The notes under the pieces were generated by a model. It was not told where the DNA came from, ran no database searches, and saw nothing but the letters and a program-made list of their open reading frames with translations. 64,000 nucleotides of DNA from Takakia lepidozioides (taxonomy: Eukaryota; Plantae; Bryophyta). Of this stretch, positions 50,098 to 63,307 are shown in pieces; the stretch's first letter is position 1, and each line of letters opens with the position of its first letter. Position numbers and translations under genes: made by a program. The stretch is from contig CM060732.1 of the NCBI GenBank assembly GCA_030704615.1, positions 47,368,001 to 47,432,000 on the forward strand, given 5' to 3'.

Positions 50098-51269
50098 TAT
50101 GTTGGATTTGAAGGGTAAGGATAATGCATGTGCACTCAAGCTATTGATTGCTAATGATTGTGAGACTTGTGAATATTCTAGCGACGACCTAAGGTCGGAA
50201 GCTAGTTTAGCGTGGAGCAGGAATAGGGTGCCATAGTGCCACGTCATCATTGCCACGTTTCGTCATCGTCAATGTGTTTGGTACCTGCCCGGACTGCCCG
50301 AAAAATCCTAAGATAACTTTTTGAACGGTACTTCGTCGAGACTGACCCTTTTCCTCCCTGCTTCTGTTTGCTGTTCAAAGTTGAGAGAGAGAGATCGCGC
50401 AATGGCTACATAGGTTGATAAGGCCTGGCATTTCTGGCCCCAGTATTGTTAGAATAGTTTTAGATAGGTTTAGCTTGCCGAGGCGATCTATATACAACCA
50501 TGAAGTGTCAAGAAGGTTTAGAAAGAGCTCAATTGTGCGGAGGGCATTTCTTCAAAACAGCGCATCCAGGAGAGCATTTTCCAGTGAGAATCCCGTGAGC
50601 ATATTTCAGAGGTAATTAAATCGTCACAATTATATCATCCTTGAAAGAACCCTTTGTGTGCTAAGACAATGGACAACTAGGGATTGATTTATAATTGTCT
50701 GAGGGTGATTCACAAGCGTTGCACTATTCTGCTTTGAACCACAAGGTACATTCTTTTTAATGTCATCCAGCTTGTTGATGATCAACTCTCCCCTTGACCA
50801 GAACTTCAGCCTCTATGACTTCATGCGGTGGAACCCTAAGTGAGGGTAAAAAGTAACGGAATGCCGTGAAGATTGTATTTTGTGGACTTGCTGGTTGTAT
50901 TTACATCAGCAGGTGGCATTTTAGGTCTTTTTCATAGCCTTAGTAACTAGATTGTAGGCAAACACCTCTTCAAGAGGATAATTGGGTCGGCAATGAGGCT
51001 TAGCTTTTGCTCTACTATGTCATTGAGGTGGTGACTATTAGTAATTAATAAACAATAGCTGTATTAGATGGGGAGTGTGTCAACAACTAATTGACAAGCT
51101 CATCGCATGTCATGTTCCCAGTTTCAAGCCTGCATGTCAGCAGAATTTGGTCTTCTTGCTGTAATCCATAAGGCTAGGTTCACAATCACACCTCTCCCAG
51201 CTAATCCCTGTTGGAGTGCTAGTAGGGTTGAGTCTTCTACATTTGTCAAGTGGGGATGCTTCTGTGTGT

Positions 51270-53650
51270 TCTAGGTATGAGAACTTCTATCCAAAGAACA
51301 AGAAAGATCTTCCCAAGGGCAGAAAATCAGAGTCAAAGAATGGTAAGGGATGTGTAGCTTTGAAGCCTGCTGTGATGTCTCAGATTTTGGATCTTCTAAC
51401 AATACATTGAAACATGTTAAACCCTTGGTTTTAGTGTCAAAGAAATTACCTCATAACTGCCTATTTTGCAACATGGTTTGCTACTCAAACCGTCACGGGG
51501 CAACAGCCTACACGCATCATATCCTTACATATACTAGAGGATCTGAAGCAAATGAGGATAACCTGACCCATTCACGCCAAGATCCTTCACTCAAATGTAA
51601 TGAAACAATCCCAACTACTTCATCCAGTTCCTCATCCTTGCTCTCTTTTGCCAGTTATAATAGTGCAACTCACATGACAGCTGAAATAACCAATCTTTAA
51701 TGGGTAGCAATGCAAGAATTCTTACACACAGAATTTGGCAATTGTAGTCACTGATTGCAACGGGTGCTGCCACAGTTGCCATTCTAACCACTCTCTCCAT
51801 TGGCCACAGTGACACCCAACATGTATCCATCTTTGTCTTTCTAAGTGTTGTGGCATTCCATCAAGAACTCCACCAAATAGTGACTACAATCTAGTTCTAA
51901 GAGTTACATGTAGAAACTACATCTTGTTGGTCAATATGAATATGTGCTTAAGCTTCTATGTGCAGAGAGTAAAAATGAGCCCTTTCCAGGACATTGAGCC
52001 AAGAATGTCTCCTGCTCACTCGCATCTCCCTCTGTAAGTCAGCCCACTTTTGTGTCGTCTTTTTACAAGCAGATCAACTTCCAGAGTTTAAGAACAAGCT
52101 GCTGGGGCCAAGCCTAGTTGACCGGATCGAAGTCACGAATAAAAGTCTTGCAAAGGTGTATGTCCGCCTTGGGCCTTCCCAGTCTTCCCAAGGGGCACGA
52201 GGGGGCGGTGGGTATGATGAAATGCAAATTGACACCCAGCCACAGGGTAGCCATGGGGGCAGCCAGTACAAGTATTACTTCAACATTGGGAGTATTGAGT
52301 CCTTTGAGCGTAAGCTGGAGGATGCACAGGATGTGCTAGGGGTCAACCCTCATAACTATGTCCCAGTTACATGTGTTAGAAATGAGCTGGCAGCAGGAAC
52401 TCCTTCGATTGGCCCCCACGATCCTATTGATTGCAGGATATATCTACTTTACACGACGGATGCAAGGAGAATTTGGAATTGGCGGAGGATCTGGAGGGGG
52501 TGGATGTGGGATTTTCAATGTGGGCGAAAGTGACTAAGCAAAAAGGCCAAAGATAAGGTTGGTTATTACAACTAGAAAGTTTGGGCAAGACGGGGGTATC
52601 TGCCAAGCTTGTTCATCCTAGAACATTGAAGTAATATACGATATGAAGCAAATTGAGACAAGTGGAGGGATAGCTTTTTTATGGGGTTATAACTGACTAC
52701 CTTGGAGGGAGGATGAAGAGACAGATCAGACGTCATGAGGCATATGGGGGATAAGACGACTGCTCGTTGTGTTTGTATGTCAATAGGAAGGAGAACAAAC
52801 TTGGGTGGAGAGAAGTATTTCTAGTGAGAACAGACTTCTTAAAAGAGGTTAAATCTCGTTGGTGGGACGACGTAGCAGGTACGGTGACGAGGCCAAACAA
52901 GAAATTATGGAGTTTGTGCACTTCTTGAAGAATCCTAAAAAGTATCAAGAACTTGGTGCTAAAATCCCCAAGTGAGCTCTCCTGGTTGGTCCACCTGGCA
53001 CTGGCAAAACACTCCTTGCCAAGGGTACTGCTGGTGAAGCATGGGTTCCATTCCTCTCGATCAGTGGGTCAGATTTTATGGAAATCTTTGTAGGAGTGGG
53101 ACCCTCACGCGTAAGAGACTTGTTTGCTCAAGCACGGCAGTCAAGTCCCAGTATTATCTTTATTGATGAAATTGATGCATTTGGCCGCGCCAGAGGGAGG
53201 GGTGGGTTTGCAGGAGCCAGCGATGAGAGGGAGAGCACTCTTAATCAGCTACTAGTTGAAATGGATCATGGGTTTGGAACAACTACTGGGGTGGTGGTCC
53301 TTGCTGGCACCAATAGGCCTGATATCCTGGACAAGGCACTGCTGCAACCACGCTGTTTTGACCGTCAGATTTCAATTGATCGCCCTGACATCAATGGTTG
53401 AGAACAGATCTTTAGAATCTATCTTTAAAAACTGAAGCTTGATCAGGACCCTGTTTACTACTCGGCGCTCGCAACGAATGGCAGCTTTGACCCTTGGATT
53501 TGCAGGAGCTCATGACATTGCTATTGTGTATGAGGCTGCACTAATTTGTGCAAGGCATGAAGGGACTGTCATCACCATGGTGCATTTTGAGGCCGCGATT
53601 CATCCCCGATTGATCGAATCATTGGTGGCCCTGAGAAGAAGATGCGGGTG
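51270..53650 (+). pseudogene. ftsH: Mitochondrial m-AAA protease FtsH3/FtsH10 (AFG3-like) pseudogene, lacking the protease domain
   Basis: [82 protein letters not shown] and [12 protein letters not shown]. In-frame stops at ~52973, ~53399 and ~53426, plus frameshifts. Confidence 0.9.
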
Positions 53651-53749
53651 GGTATTTCCTCTTGCATATTTTGTCTTTTCATTGTAACGGGGAGTAGCAA
53701 TACTCTCTCTCTCTCTCTTTAAACTCAGGGCGGGAAGCCTACCTTTGAA

Positions 53750-54082
53750 CAGCAAATAGAAGCAGAGAGGAAAGGGAGAGTGCAATTGCCCGTTGTGTGG
53801 GCAACCTGAAGACAATATTCATATTCTGATTCATTGTCCGAGGTTCTCTCACCAGAGAGACGCTCTCTTCAAATCTATCAAGGGAATTGTGCCTGTACCT
53901 TGTTTACCAACTTTGAAAGTCTTGAGTCTGAGCCAAAAGCCCAGGCCTTTTTGGGGCCTAGTTATTGGACAAACCACACACACCAGGTTGATGCTTGTGT
54001 AAAGGGATTTCTAGAGGATATCTGGAAAACCCGGATCAATTGTTTATTCCAAGGTATTCTTACTACCCGCGTCAGCGCCTAA
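53750..54082 (+). mobile_element. Probable LINE 3' fragment (C-terminal CCHC motif)
   Basis: CPLCGQPEDNIHILIHCPRFSHQR. Confidence 0.6.
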
Positions 54083-54135
54083 CAAAGGTAGGTTCTATCC
54101 CTTTGTGTTCCGCTCAAGCTGGGCGTGGGGTCAAT

Positions 54136-54171
54136 GGCCACAAGGCTACGACAAAGAACGTCTTATAAGTA

Positions 54172-54208
<37 letters not shown>

Positions 54209-54290
54209 GCCACAAGGCTACGGCAAAGAACGTCTTATAAGTACATTTTCTCTCTCTCTCTCTCTCTCTCCCTCTCTCTGGCCACAAGGC
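54136..54290. repeat. Tandem duplication of a ~72-bp unit containing (CT)n
   Basis: GCCACAAGGCTACG.CAAAGAACGTCTTATAAGTACATT(CT)n occurs twice, with a third partial start. Confidence 0.85.
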
Positions 54291-54841
54291 TCTATGGCAA
54301 TATCTGAACAATCTAACGCCAAAAACTCTGGCTCAACATCTACCAACGTGAAAGGGCAAAAACAAGTGACAACGAGATATACAAAACTATAGGGTGCTGA
54401 ATGAAAATGGACAGCAAATGAATGGAGATTCCATACATTCAGGGGATCTTGTTGCCGTCAAGTGCAACATCAAATATTGGATGAACTTCCGTCATAAAAA
54501 ACACGGACTTTCGTTCCAACGCAAAGGGGTCAAATTGTTGGCCCGAGCACCAAAGGACATAGAATCTAAAGACGATAAGTGGAGCAAAAACATAGTTTGG
54601 TAGCGCAACAAACACCTGCAAACCTTATTTTCGGCAGCTATTTTTGGATTTAATTATTGTCGAACAGCGTAGGAAGGTACGGTAATGTCTCCCATGTCCC
54701 TCTAGCCAAGTCCGACTTATCCCCATCTTTTTGCTCTTGTATCCCTGTCATGTCCCCACCTTCCTTGCCATCTTCCCAATGGCAGGCTTGTTCTTAAATT
54801 CAACTTGCTACATATTTTGTTCTTGGGGGAGACGAGTGTGA

Positions 54842-54844
<3 letters not shown>

Positions 54845-54889
<45 letters not shown>
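54845..54889. repeat. (GA)n microsatellite
   Basis: Uninterrupted GA run. Confidence 0.95.
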
Positions 54890-54892
<3 letters not shown>

Positions 54893-55166
54893 TACGCAGA
54901 CACAAGGTACTATGAAGCTTTCTTGATGATTATTTACAGGGTTTGACAGCCGCAGAATATGGCAGCTAATCAACTCCGATTGAGGCAAATTTTCTGAGGA
55001 ACCGACACACGCTTTGGATTCTCGCAGTCATGAGCTGTGGCTACAAGACGGATCTTCGGTACTTACAAAAAGGGAGTACTGCCCACCCCAGTGTGGAAAA
55101 TACAGCTTGCCTGCAGTTGAGGTCAGCTGAGTCTATTTCACATAAGATGCAGGGGTGATGAATAAC

Positions 55167-58100
55167 TTAGTATCCAACAATCACCTCATCCTTCATTCCC
55201 AAGCCAAGAGAAGCGAGCTCAGCACCGTCCTCCATTTTGAGACCAGGCATTAACAACGCTCGAGTGCCTATGTAAGTACCCTCCCCAATGATGTTGGATT
55301 TGAAGCTCACTTTGCCACCTTCATAAAGATGTCCAAAAAACAGTGCATTCCGCCCTATGGCACTTCCCGTTCCTATCTTTAGCAAGTCTGGGTTGAGGGC
55401 ATACAAGGTGTCCACATATACACCTATGTTACTGATGGAAGATCCCAGACACCGGAAATAAAGAGTGACCAACCATGAACCCTTGGTCAGGTTCATGAAG
55501 GTGGCACCTAGAACAAGATTTACAGCTTGCCATGTTGTGTCACACCGGCCCTTCAATCCCCAGAGTTCGCTAGTATCCCCGTCTTTTGTGCGGCCCACAA
55601 GCGTCCATCTACACAAAATGCTGAAAAGTGAAAGTAGAAGTCCTGACCCCAGGAATGCTATAGGCATCAGTCCATACATCCACTTGGTCCCTGTTGTGGA
55701 CCCTACAAAGGCAAGCCCCAGCAGCGTAGGATAGTAAGCAAGAGCAAACAAGAAGACAAGGATTACTGTTTGCACAATGGGTTGGACAATTTGAGGTGCC
55801 ATCAATGGTAGGTCTTGCTTGTTCTTAACCTTCGATTCATTTTGCTTTGATGCTCTCACAATTTTGCCAACCTGTGCTAGATGAGTTTGCTCAGCACTTT
55901 TACCAACAGAGGACATTGCAGGGCAGGCGCCTGTTGAGGTCTTCGCTTTGGGCTCTGGGATATCAAGTTTTAGGTCAGCCTTTATAAGTAGTGCCTTCCA
56001 GGACTCAGGCATTGGCATACCTATTCGCAGATGCTGCACAATATCATAGATCAGGGAGCGTCCATGATCAATGGAAGCACTTTCGGATGCTGACTTGGCC
56101 ATGATCATAGTGAGGCTGGGACTCCCATTTTTCGGATTGAAGCGCACCTTTTCTGTGGATTCTGTATTGAGCAACTCGTCCAAGTGAATGTGCGCCACAT
56201 CCATATATGGGTACTTGCTTTCGTCCCACTGTTGCGTGCAGTCGATTGCATCCTCATTCTCAGACACTGATTCTGAGATGGGGCGGAGCTGAATCTCGAA
56301 TATGTAGTTTACTCCCTCTGCAGAGAGTACTTGCTTTTGAAAATCATCGCCAAGGAAATGGAGTGGACGTTTATCATCTGGGTCCCTTGGTAAGCTACCG
56401 GTCTCAGGTGGGCACCACCTTGCCTTCCTCTTCCCCAAACTTTGAATCAGCCGGCCGCATCCTGAACTTGACAAAGCTTTCAGGAGCTCCTTCTGCCGAG
56501 GAACAAAAGCGCAGAGTCACATTGGAGTAGTAGTGCATCTCAGCATATGAATTGCTCTGGCGCAATGAATCCCAAGTCATTTCGCCCACATGTGGGATCT
56601 TCCTCACAATTGCCTCCCGCTCCTCTAGGTTCCTCATCAACCATTGCACAAAGTCAACCATGTTGCGACAATTGAAACCTCTTCCTGTCTTCAATGTAAG
56701 GTCTAGCACGGTTGCCTCCATATCATCCTTGGCATCGGGGCTCAGCAGTTGCAATGACGCCCCACGAGAATCAATGCAGCCATCATCATCGCCGCGGAGA
56801 CTGTTGCTATGGCGTACTATGACCGGGTAGCATGTCCCTGGCGTGAAAATGTCATGCTCTGGAAGGCCTGGAAGGCTTGACAAGACTCGCATTGTGCCCT
56901 TACCACCCACTCCACTACGATGGAAGTAGCGGGCATCAACAGACAGTGTGGTTTGCCCAATGCTGACTGCTAAATTGGCCACAAGCTTCTGGTAGAATGG
57001 GTCCATGTCACTAATACGGTAATCTATTTTAGTAGACAAGGATAACTCCCCAGAGCCCTTTCCAGCAGCTGACTGCTGGTAGATCTTTACAGGTGTATCC
57101 ACTCCTATGTATACTCCTCCTGCTTCCAACACAGATCCCACAGGTGCCACAGACATTGCACCCAACCAGGCTCCATCTTCAAGTGTGGCCCCTGGCATGA
57201 TCACGCTGTGTGCTCCCACTATACAGCCTGCTCCCACATGCACATCTTTCATACTAACAGTTCATGCTCCTCCGATTCCTGTTGTGCTCGTTACCAAGTT
57301 GGCAAAGTCACCCAAGTGGCATTTCTCTCCAAGGCTTATGAGATCTGGGTCTACCAAGGCATTCACACCTCGAATGGATGCCAATTGCCCAATCTTGGCG
57401 CCCATGCTCCGCAGATACGCACATGTCATCTCGGTGCCTTGGAGAAGCACTACAAACTTGAGATGTGCTGAGAGCAAGAGACGATGTAGCAGCCACACAT
57501 GTATGCCACGGCTGGATGCCAAGCTCAGTTGTGCCTTCATCTCAACCTTGCCAACAACACACCATTTGAGCATACTTGTAATGCCACACAATGTCATGCC
57601 AAAGACAAGGTATGCGCCTCCCATACATGCCAGGAGGGACAGAATCTTCCACGGTTCCAAAATGTGTAGTAGCATATTCAGGAGCTGGCTTGGGTCCTGG
57701 AACACAATCAGAGGGGCCAACCCAACAAGAGCCCATGGAAATGTCGCAGCCAAAGAAAAGAGGAGGCAGCTGATTCCAGAGTCATTGAATGCCTCTGGAG
57801 TGGCTGGGTCACTCCCCAAATTAAGAGTGGATGCTAGTGATAAGAATGTTGTATGTGCTACTACAGCAGAAACTATAGGGACCAGACCCACTAGATAGAG
57901 CCCAAAAAGCTGACGGACAGCCAATTCCATGGGGCTCAATAAATCCTTCTCCTGCAATATGGACAAAAGGCTTTGAATTAGTGGTCATTTTTTGAGGCAG
58001 GTTTTGTACGTTCCAGGACACTTCTTTGGAGTGCTAAGCTGATCTGACAAAAACTTACAGCCATCTACTTGTGCACGCTGCTTGTACATATGTATTACCA

Positions 58101-61100
58101 CTCTATGAAATATGGAGTGCAAATACAAATTTGAAGCCTCTTTAATGATACCAGGATATGCTAAAATAGGGGTTTATGCAAAAGAAGGTCAGCTTGAATG
58201 CCCAGTACCTCAGTTGAGGAAGGTTGTTGCTGCCCGTGCTTCTTGTGAACTTGCTGCCCCACGTTAGTCTTGCCTAGGGGAGAGACATGTGCACCAGGAT
58301 GCAAGATAGTGCCTCTCTGAATAACAGAGTAAGGATCCACAGTGGCTGCACTGCCGATACGGATAGGTTGAAACCGAACAACACCTCCCTTGACTTCATG
58401 ACTCTGAAGTGTGGCGCCTTCTCCGATGGCTGCCCCATCAGCTATGTAGAGAAGCCCTGGGTCTGTGATATCAACCGTCTCTAGCTGCACGCCCTTGCCT
58501 ATGCGAGCCCCCAGCATCCTATACCACCATGACAAGAACGCGGTACCTTGTAGATGGACTGCTAGCATATTAGATGCGAAGTCCTGCAGCCGGTACAACG
58601 TCCACCACCGCACAAAGTCTATTGACCACAAGGGGATAGCAGTCTGGAGGGCATAATTGGGTTGCAGAATCTTAGTGCCAAACACCGACAAAGCCACCCC
58701 GGTTGCTCCAATGCAGACAATCCACGCAAGTGGCACCAGAGCAATAGCCAACACTAGTGAAAAGAGGCTACCGATAGCAGCGATGGCTGTGAGTTGCAAA
58801 TAGATGAAGGATGCTGGAAGCAACAGCACTGCTGCCATGTATATGATGCTAAGTGTCTGCAATCCAGTGATGGTGACCCGTCGCAACAGTGACGGCTTCA
58901 TCCCTGCTGTTACTTCTGCATGTGAGACAGTCTGTGCTTCATACTCCTCGTTGTAAGTCATGTGAGGCGCAAGTATAGAATGTTCCATGGCTGCTGCTTG
59001 GTAGTGAATACTCGAATGCGGTGCAAGGTTGGCCTTGTCTAGCAGTGCGCAGGTAGTGTTTGCGAGTTCTTGGATGCAGCTAGATGTGTAGACATCAATG
59101 GCAGCAATATGCACACCCACATATTCTGAAAGCTTTTGTGCAGCCCAGACCACTCCAACTGAGTCAATGTTATAGGTAGCCAGACTCTCTGTGACAGAGA
59201 TTTGGGCCACGCTCAGGCCTGTTCTCTCTGCAACAAGCTCTACTAGATATTTGAGGATGACCGTATCATCAGGCCTTCTTTGGGAGGGAGCAGATGATGC
59301 TTGAAGCATAGGAACAGACAAACCTCTTGCTTTACTGACTAGGCCTTCAGAGACATCTGCCAAGTCATTGATGCAGCCAGCTGTGTACACATCAATGGCC
59401 GCAACATGGACACCAAGGAAATCTGAGAGCTTCTGAGCTGCCCACACAATGCCCACGGAATCGATATTGTAATTTGACAAGGGTTCAGATACAGAGATAT
59501 GAGCAACTGGCATCCCGGTTCGTTCTGCCAATACTTCTACCAGAAACATCTTGATGTCAGCTTTGTTGGGGTTGTTGTGGGGAGCAGCAGATGGCACTAC
59601 CTTGGGCCGTGGGAAGTACTCTTTCGCGGGAAATGTCTTTGCTGATCTGCAAAGCAGCCTGTTTGCAAGTGGTGGACGCACAAACTTGACTGTGGCCAGG
59701 GTGCCATTTTCAAACTGTTCAAGGCATTCGATCCTCCGGATCTTGCCTGAGGTGGTTTTTGCAATTGTGCGGGGTTTTATGAAATCCACCCAGACAACTA
59801 CACCATGCTCTGCAGCAATGGCCCTTATCATCCCTGGAAGATTGGCCTCCACCCGTTTCTCGTCGCGAACTTCAGCCACCACTACCACACCAACGTCTTC
59901 GGATCCTTCACTGCAATTGATGCCCTTTAATTTTAGGACTCTATGGGGTACCCCAAATGCAGCACAACAGCCCGGCCGCAGAGTGGGGGAGCAACTTTCC
60001 ACTGTTTTCTCAATGTCAATGGGGTAGATGTTGCGGCCTCTAACAATGATGAGATCCTTGATCCGTCCTGTAACAAACAAATTACCATCCATCACCCTTC
60101 CCAGGTCTCCTGTTTGCAGGAAATAGCGATCAGGTTCCTGATTCTTGATCCAGTTTTGAAATGTTTGTTTACTCAGCTCTGTCTGCCCCCAATAACCTAC
60201 ACCGCTGCTTGGGCTACTGATCCAAATCTCTCCCTCATGTCCCTCCTCAGCTTCCTCAAGTGTGTCGGGATTGACAATGCGCAGGTCTGCATCCTTGTCC
60301 CCTCTCCGAACATAACCACAACAGACTCGATGCTCCCAGTCCATCAGAATGGGCTTGGAATGACCCCATGCCACACATACAAACACACAATTTTCTGCAA
60401 GACCATAGCCTGGGGCAATCACTTGCTCTCTGATACCAGTTCCCTGCATTATTTGTAAGAATTTGAGAACGACCTTGTGGTTCACGGGCTCAACACTGAC
60501 CATTAAGAAGCGCATAGCAGACAAGTCCAGCATTGGCTCCTTGCCCTTTGCTTTGAGCACCTCAATCCACTTCACAATCAGTGCAAATGCAAAGTTAGGG
60601 GCGGCACTGTGGGTTGCATGATAGTTGCTCAGGGTCTCCATCCACAGCATGGGTTTGTGGATGAAAGTTGTTGGAGAGAAGAGAACGGCCATGCCCCCAC
60701 TTACCAAAGAGGTAAACACACCACCAATGAGGTCCATATCATGGTACTGCGGCAGCCAGCTTACAAGCACCGTGCGAGATGTGCTTTTGTACTTCTCTTG
60801 CATTAGCTTCACATTTGCTATGAGCCCCCCATGGGTTATTATGACCCCTTTTGGATCCCCAGTGGAGCCTGATGTGAATTGTAAGAAGCAAACGTCATTG
60901 GGCTCTGGTGAAGGTCCAAATGCCAGCTCAGGTTGCTTTTCTTGTGGACGCTTTGTTATGTCAGTTTTCGCTTCCTCACTCATGACCGTGGATTGTGAAG
61001 ATAGGTTGGCTAGTGGGCTGTCAGATGCACCAACCCTATGTGATACAGGAGTTCTTTCCACTGTGGCTTCACTAGAGAAAGCTTTTGCGCTTGAAGGATC

Positions 61101-63307
61101 AGGGGCCCAATTCTCACTGCCTTTCCGAAATCTCTAGTTCAATGGCTTTGCCCCATTGGGATTTTTGGTCCAAGAGTCGGTATGATACCATGGCAAGTCA
61201 GGCCAACGAGGTCTTGTTTTGTTGCTTGAGCCTTGCACCATATTTTGCATGCTTGCAGCACGGACTGCTGCATGATATGCTCCAGTACCCAGGATGGCTT
61301 TGGCTTGGCAGGCTTGTGCCACACTAAAAACCTTGGCCAGGGCACTGCCATTACGCTGAGTAGGATCGGGAGGAATCAATGGCACAGGCAACACCTACAT
61401 TCATCCCATCACTATCAGAAGTTAGCATCCCTCGTTCTGGGATCATGTAAGTAGGCTATGGATCTTGCAAACCTACCATCTCGGCGCACTGACCGATGTG
61501 CGTTAGGTCTTATTGATATTCTAGCAATATCTCAAGGGTTCTCTGCATTAAACTCATGTAACTCGTGTCAAAGTGCTTCCTTGAAATGGAGCTGGTAGAG
61601 AGAAATTACCCGTGCACGGAGACAGCCAAAAAATGCCTCAATGAAATTGAGCCCAGGTGGATGCAGCAGCAACACGCGGTCACCGGCTTTAATGTTAGTT
61701 TTTGTGGTCAAAAGACGATGTGCAATGATGGAGGCATGGAGATCAAGCTCTGCATATGTACGCTTTTCTGCCTCACGGTCTAACCATGTGTAGAGAACCC
61801 TCTCTCTCAACACCTCATGGTTTGCATAGAATGATAAATAGTCATCCAGCAATGGCAATCGGGGAAAACGACTCCAGGAAGCTCTGTTAACTCCTTCACT
61901 TCATAGGGTGGTGTCCTCCCCTCATCTCGAATTGGAAATTCGACAAGCTTCTGCAGTTCATCAAGACATATTACTATCAATAAGGAGACTCCTGAAGATT
62001 TCTAGCACCATGCAACACATGGTGAATTGACTGCCAAGGCACAAATTATATAATGTTTTCTTGGACAATAGTTTATGTAACATTGCTATATGTAAAGGTC
62101 TATCCTAGAGTACAAGAGGTGGGAGAAAGAACCTTGATGCATGGGCGCTCTTGCTTGGACCCGAAATGATGAGCCACAAGACTCATGGAGTAGGCTGCGT
62201 TTCGTTCAGTCAGCTCAAAGGCTAGCAGACCCCCGACGTAGAATGTATTGTTCTGTCCTTGGAGCTCTTCCATCTTATCATAGAAGCCAGCCGCCATGTC
62301 TGTGACCCTCAAGCCATCACGCAGCCATGGCATAGTTAGCAATCAAATTCCAGTCTATTAGACAGAAATTTCAAATTATTCTAGTGATATAAACTGAACA
62401 TGGCTTACAGTCGTGCAGTTGAATGTGAAAGATTTGCACAAGGTTTAACTTCAACCACACATGTATATTTATATAATTCAGAGCAATTCTGGAATGAATC
62501 AAGAAAAACTTACTAGTCGTGAGAATTTAATATAAATCATTTTATATAGTAGTCACGGAAATATGGTGGATCATCATGTGTCAAGGTGTCTAGAACAATT
62601 CTCAGTGATTAAGTTTTTAATAGTTTCTGGGTGTACTTGTGCATGTTGAAAGTATCACGAAAGGCCTTTGATTCCTAGAGGGAAAGGCAAAGGAGTAGCT
62701 GTGGTGCTCCAAATTTCCAAGATGGTTACTGATATATGTGTTAATTATTCACATGGTGTGTGTATCTGAAAATGTCTAAATTTCATGAATCAAGATGGCA
62801 AGTTCAGAAATGTAGGTTGTATGGCAAGTTGTTCTTACCTGGAGTCAGGTTGGAAGACCTGTAGGTCCAATTCTTGTTGCGGAGGGCGGTGGTACCAGTC
62901 ATGATCACTTTGTCAAACTCCAAAGTGTGTGGAGTTTTCTCAAGGCTAGATTGATCCATCAGTGACACACGGACAACTTTGGTGTCTGATCTGTTGATGC
63001 CTATGACTTGGACATTGCACCGTACATCTGGTATAGAGCAAACCAGTTTCTCCCAAAGACTAGTGTAGCCACCCTTTACCCGCAAAATTTTCCCAAGCAT
63101 GGTGGTTCGGGCAAATTCATGCAGGTATGCATATGGCATGTCATCTAGGTACCCATATCCACACGCTGTGTACCCATAGACTACTGCCTTCGGTACTCCA
63201 TTCTTCATCACTCTTGGAAACTTCTGTCGCAGATAGTCAAGAGCAGGCGTAGCCGCCACATTGCTAACTGCGTGCACTCCTAACTTTCCACTTTGAGCTG
63301 CCTTTGT
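55167..63307 (-). pseudogene. NRPS-like multidomain gene: FAD amine-oxidase-like, fatty acyl-AMP ligase, 2x ACP, LbH/TM, catalase-like heme domain, LbH (5' exon outside the window; damaged)
   Basis: Exons at about 63307-62839, 62300-62131, 61950-61610, 61394-58210 and 58045-55167. FAAL FLQFTSGSTGDPKG, GYGLAE, TGDLG, GRIKDLII, KTTSGKIRR. ACP IDSVG twice. LbH LGARIGKGV and MGAKIG. Catalase-like RYFHRSG, VRHSN and GRSLIY. At least four frameshifts. Confidence 0.85.

Noticed and set aside
61395-61609. Insertion disrupting the FAAL domain
   Set aside because: It is bounded by GT...AG, and removing it restores CLRAR|VLPVP, so it is an ordinary intron.
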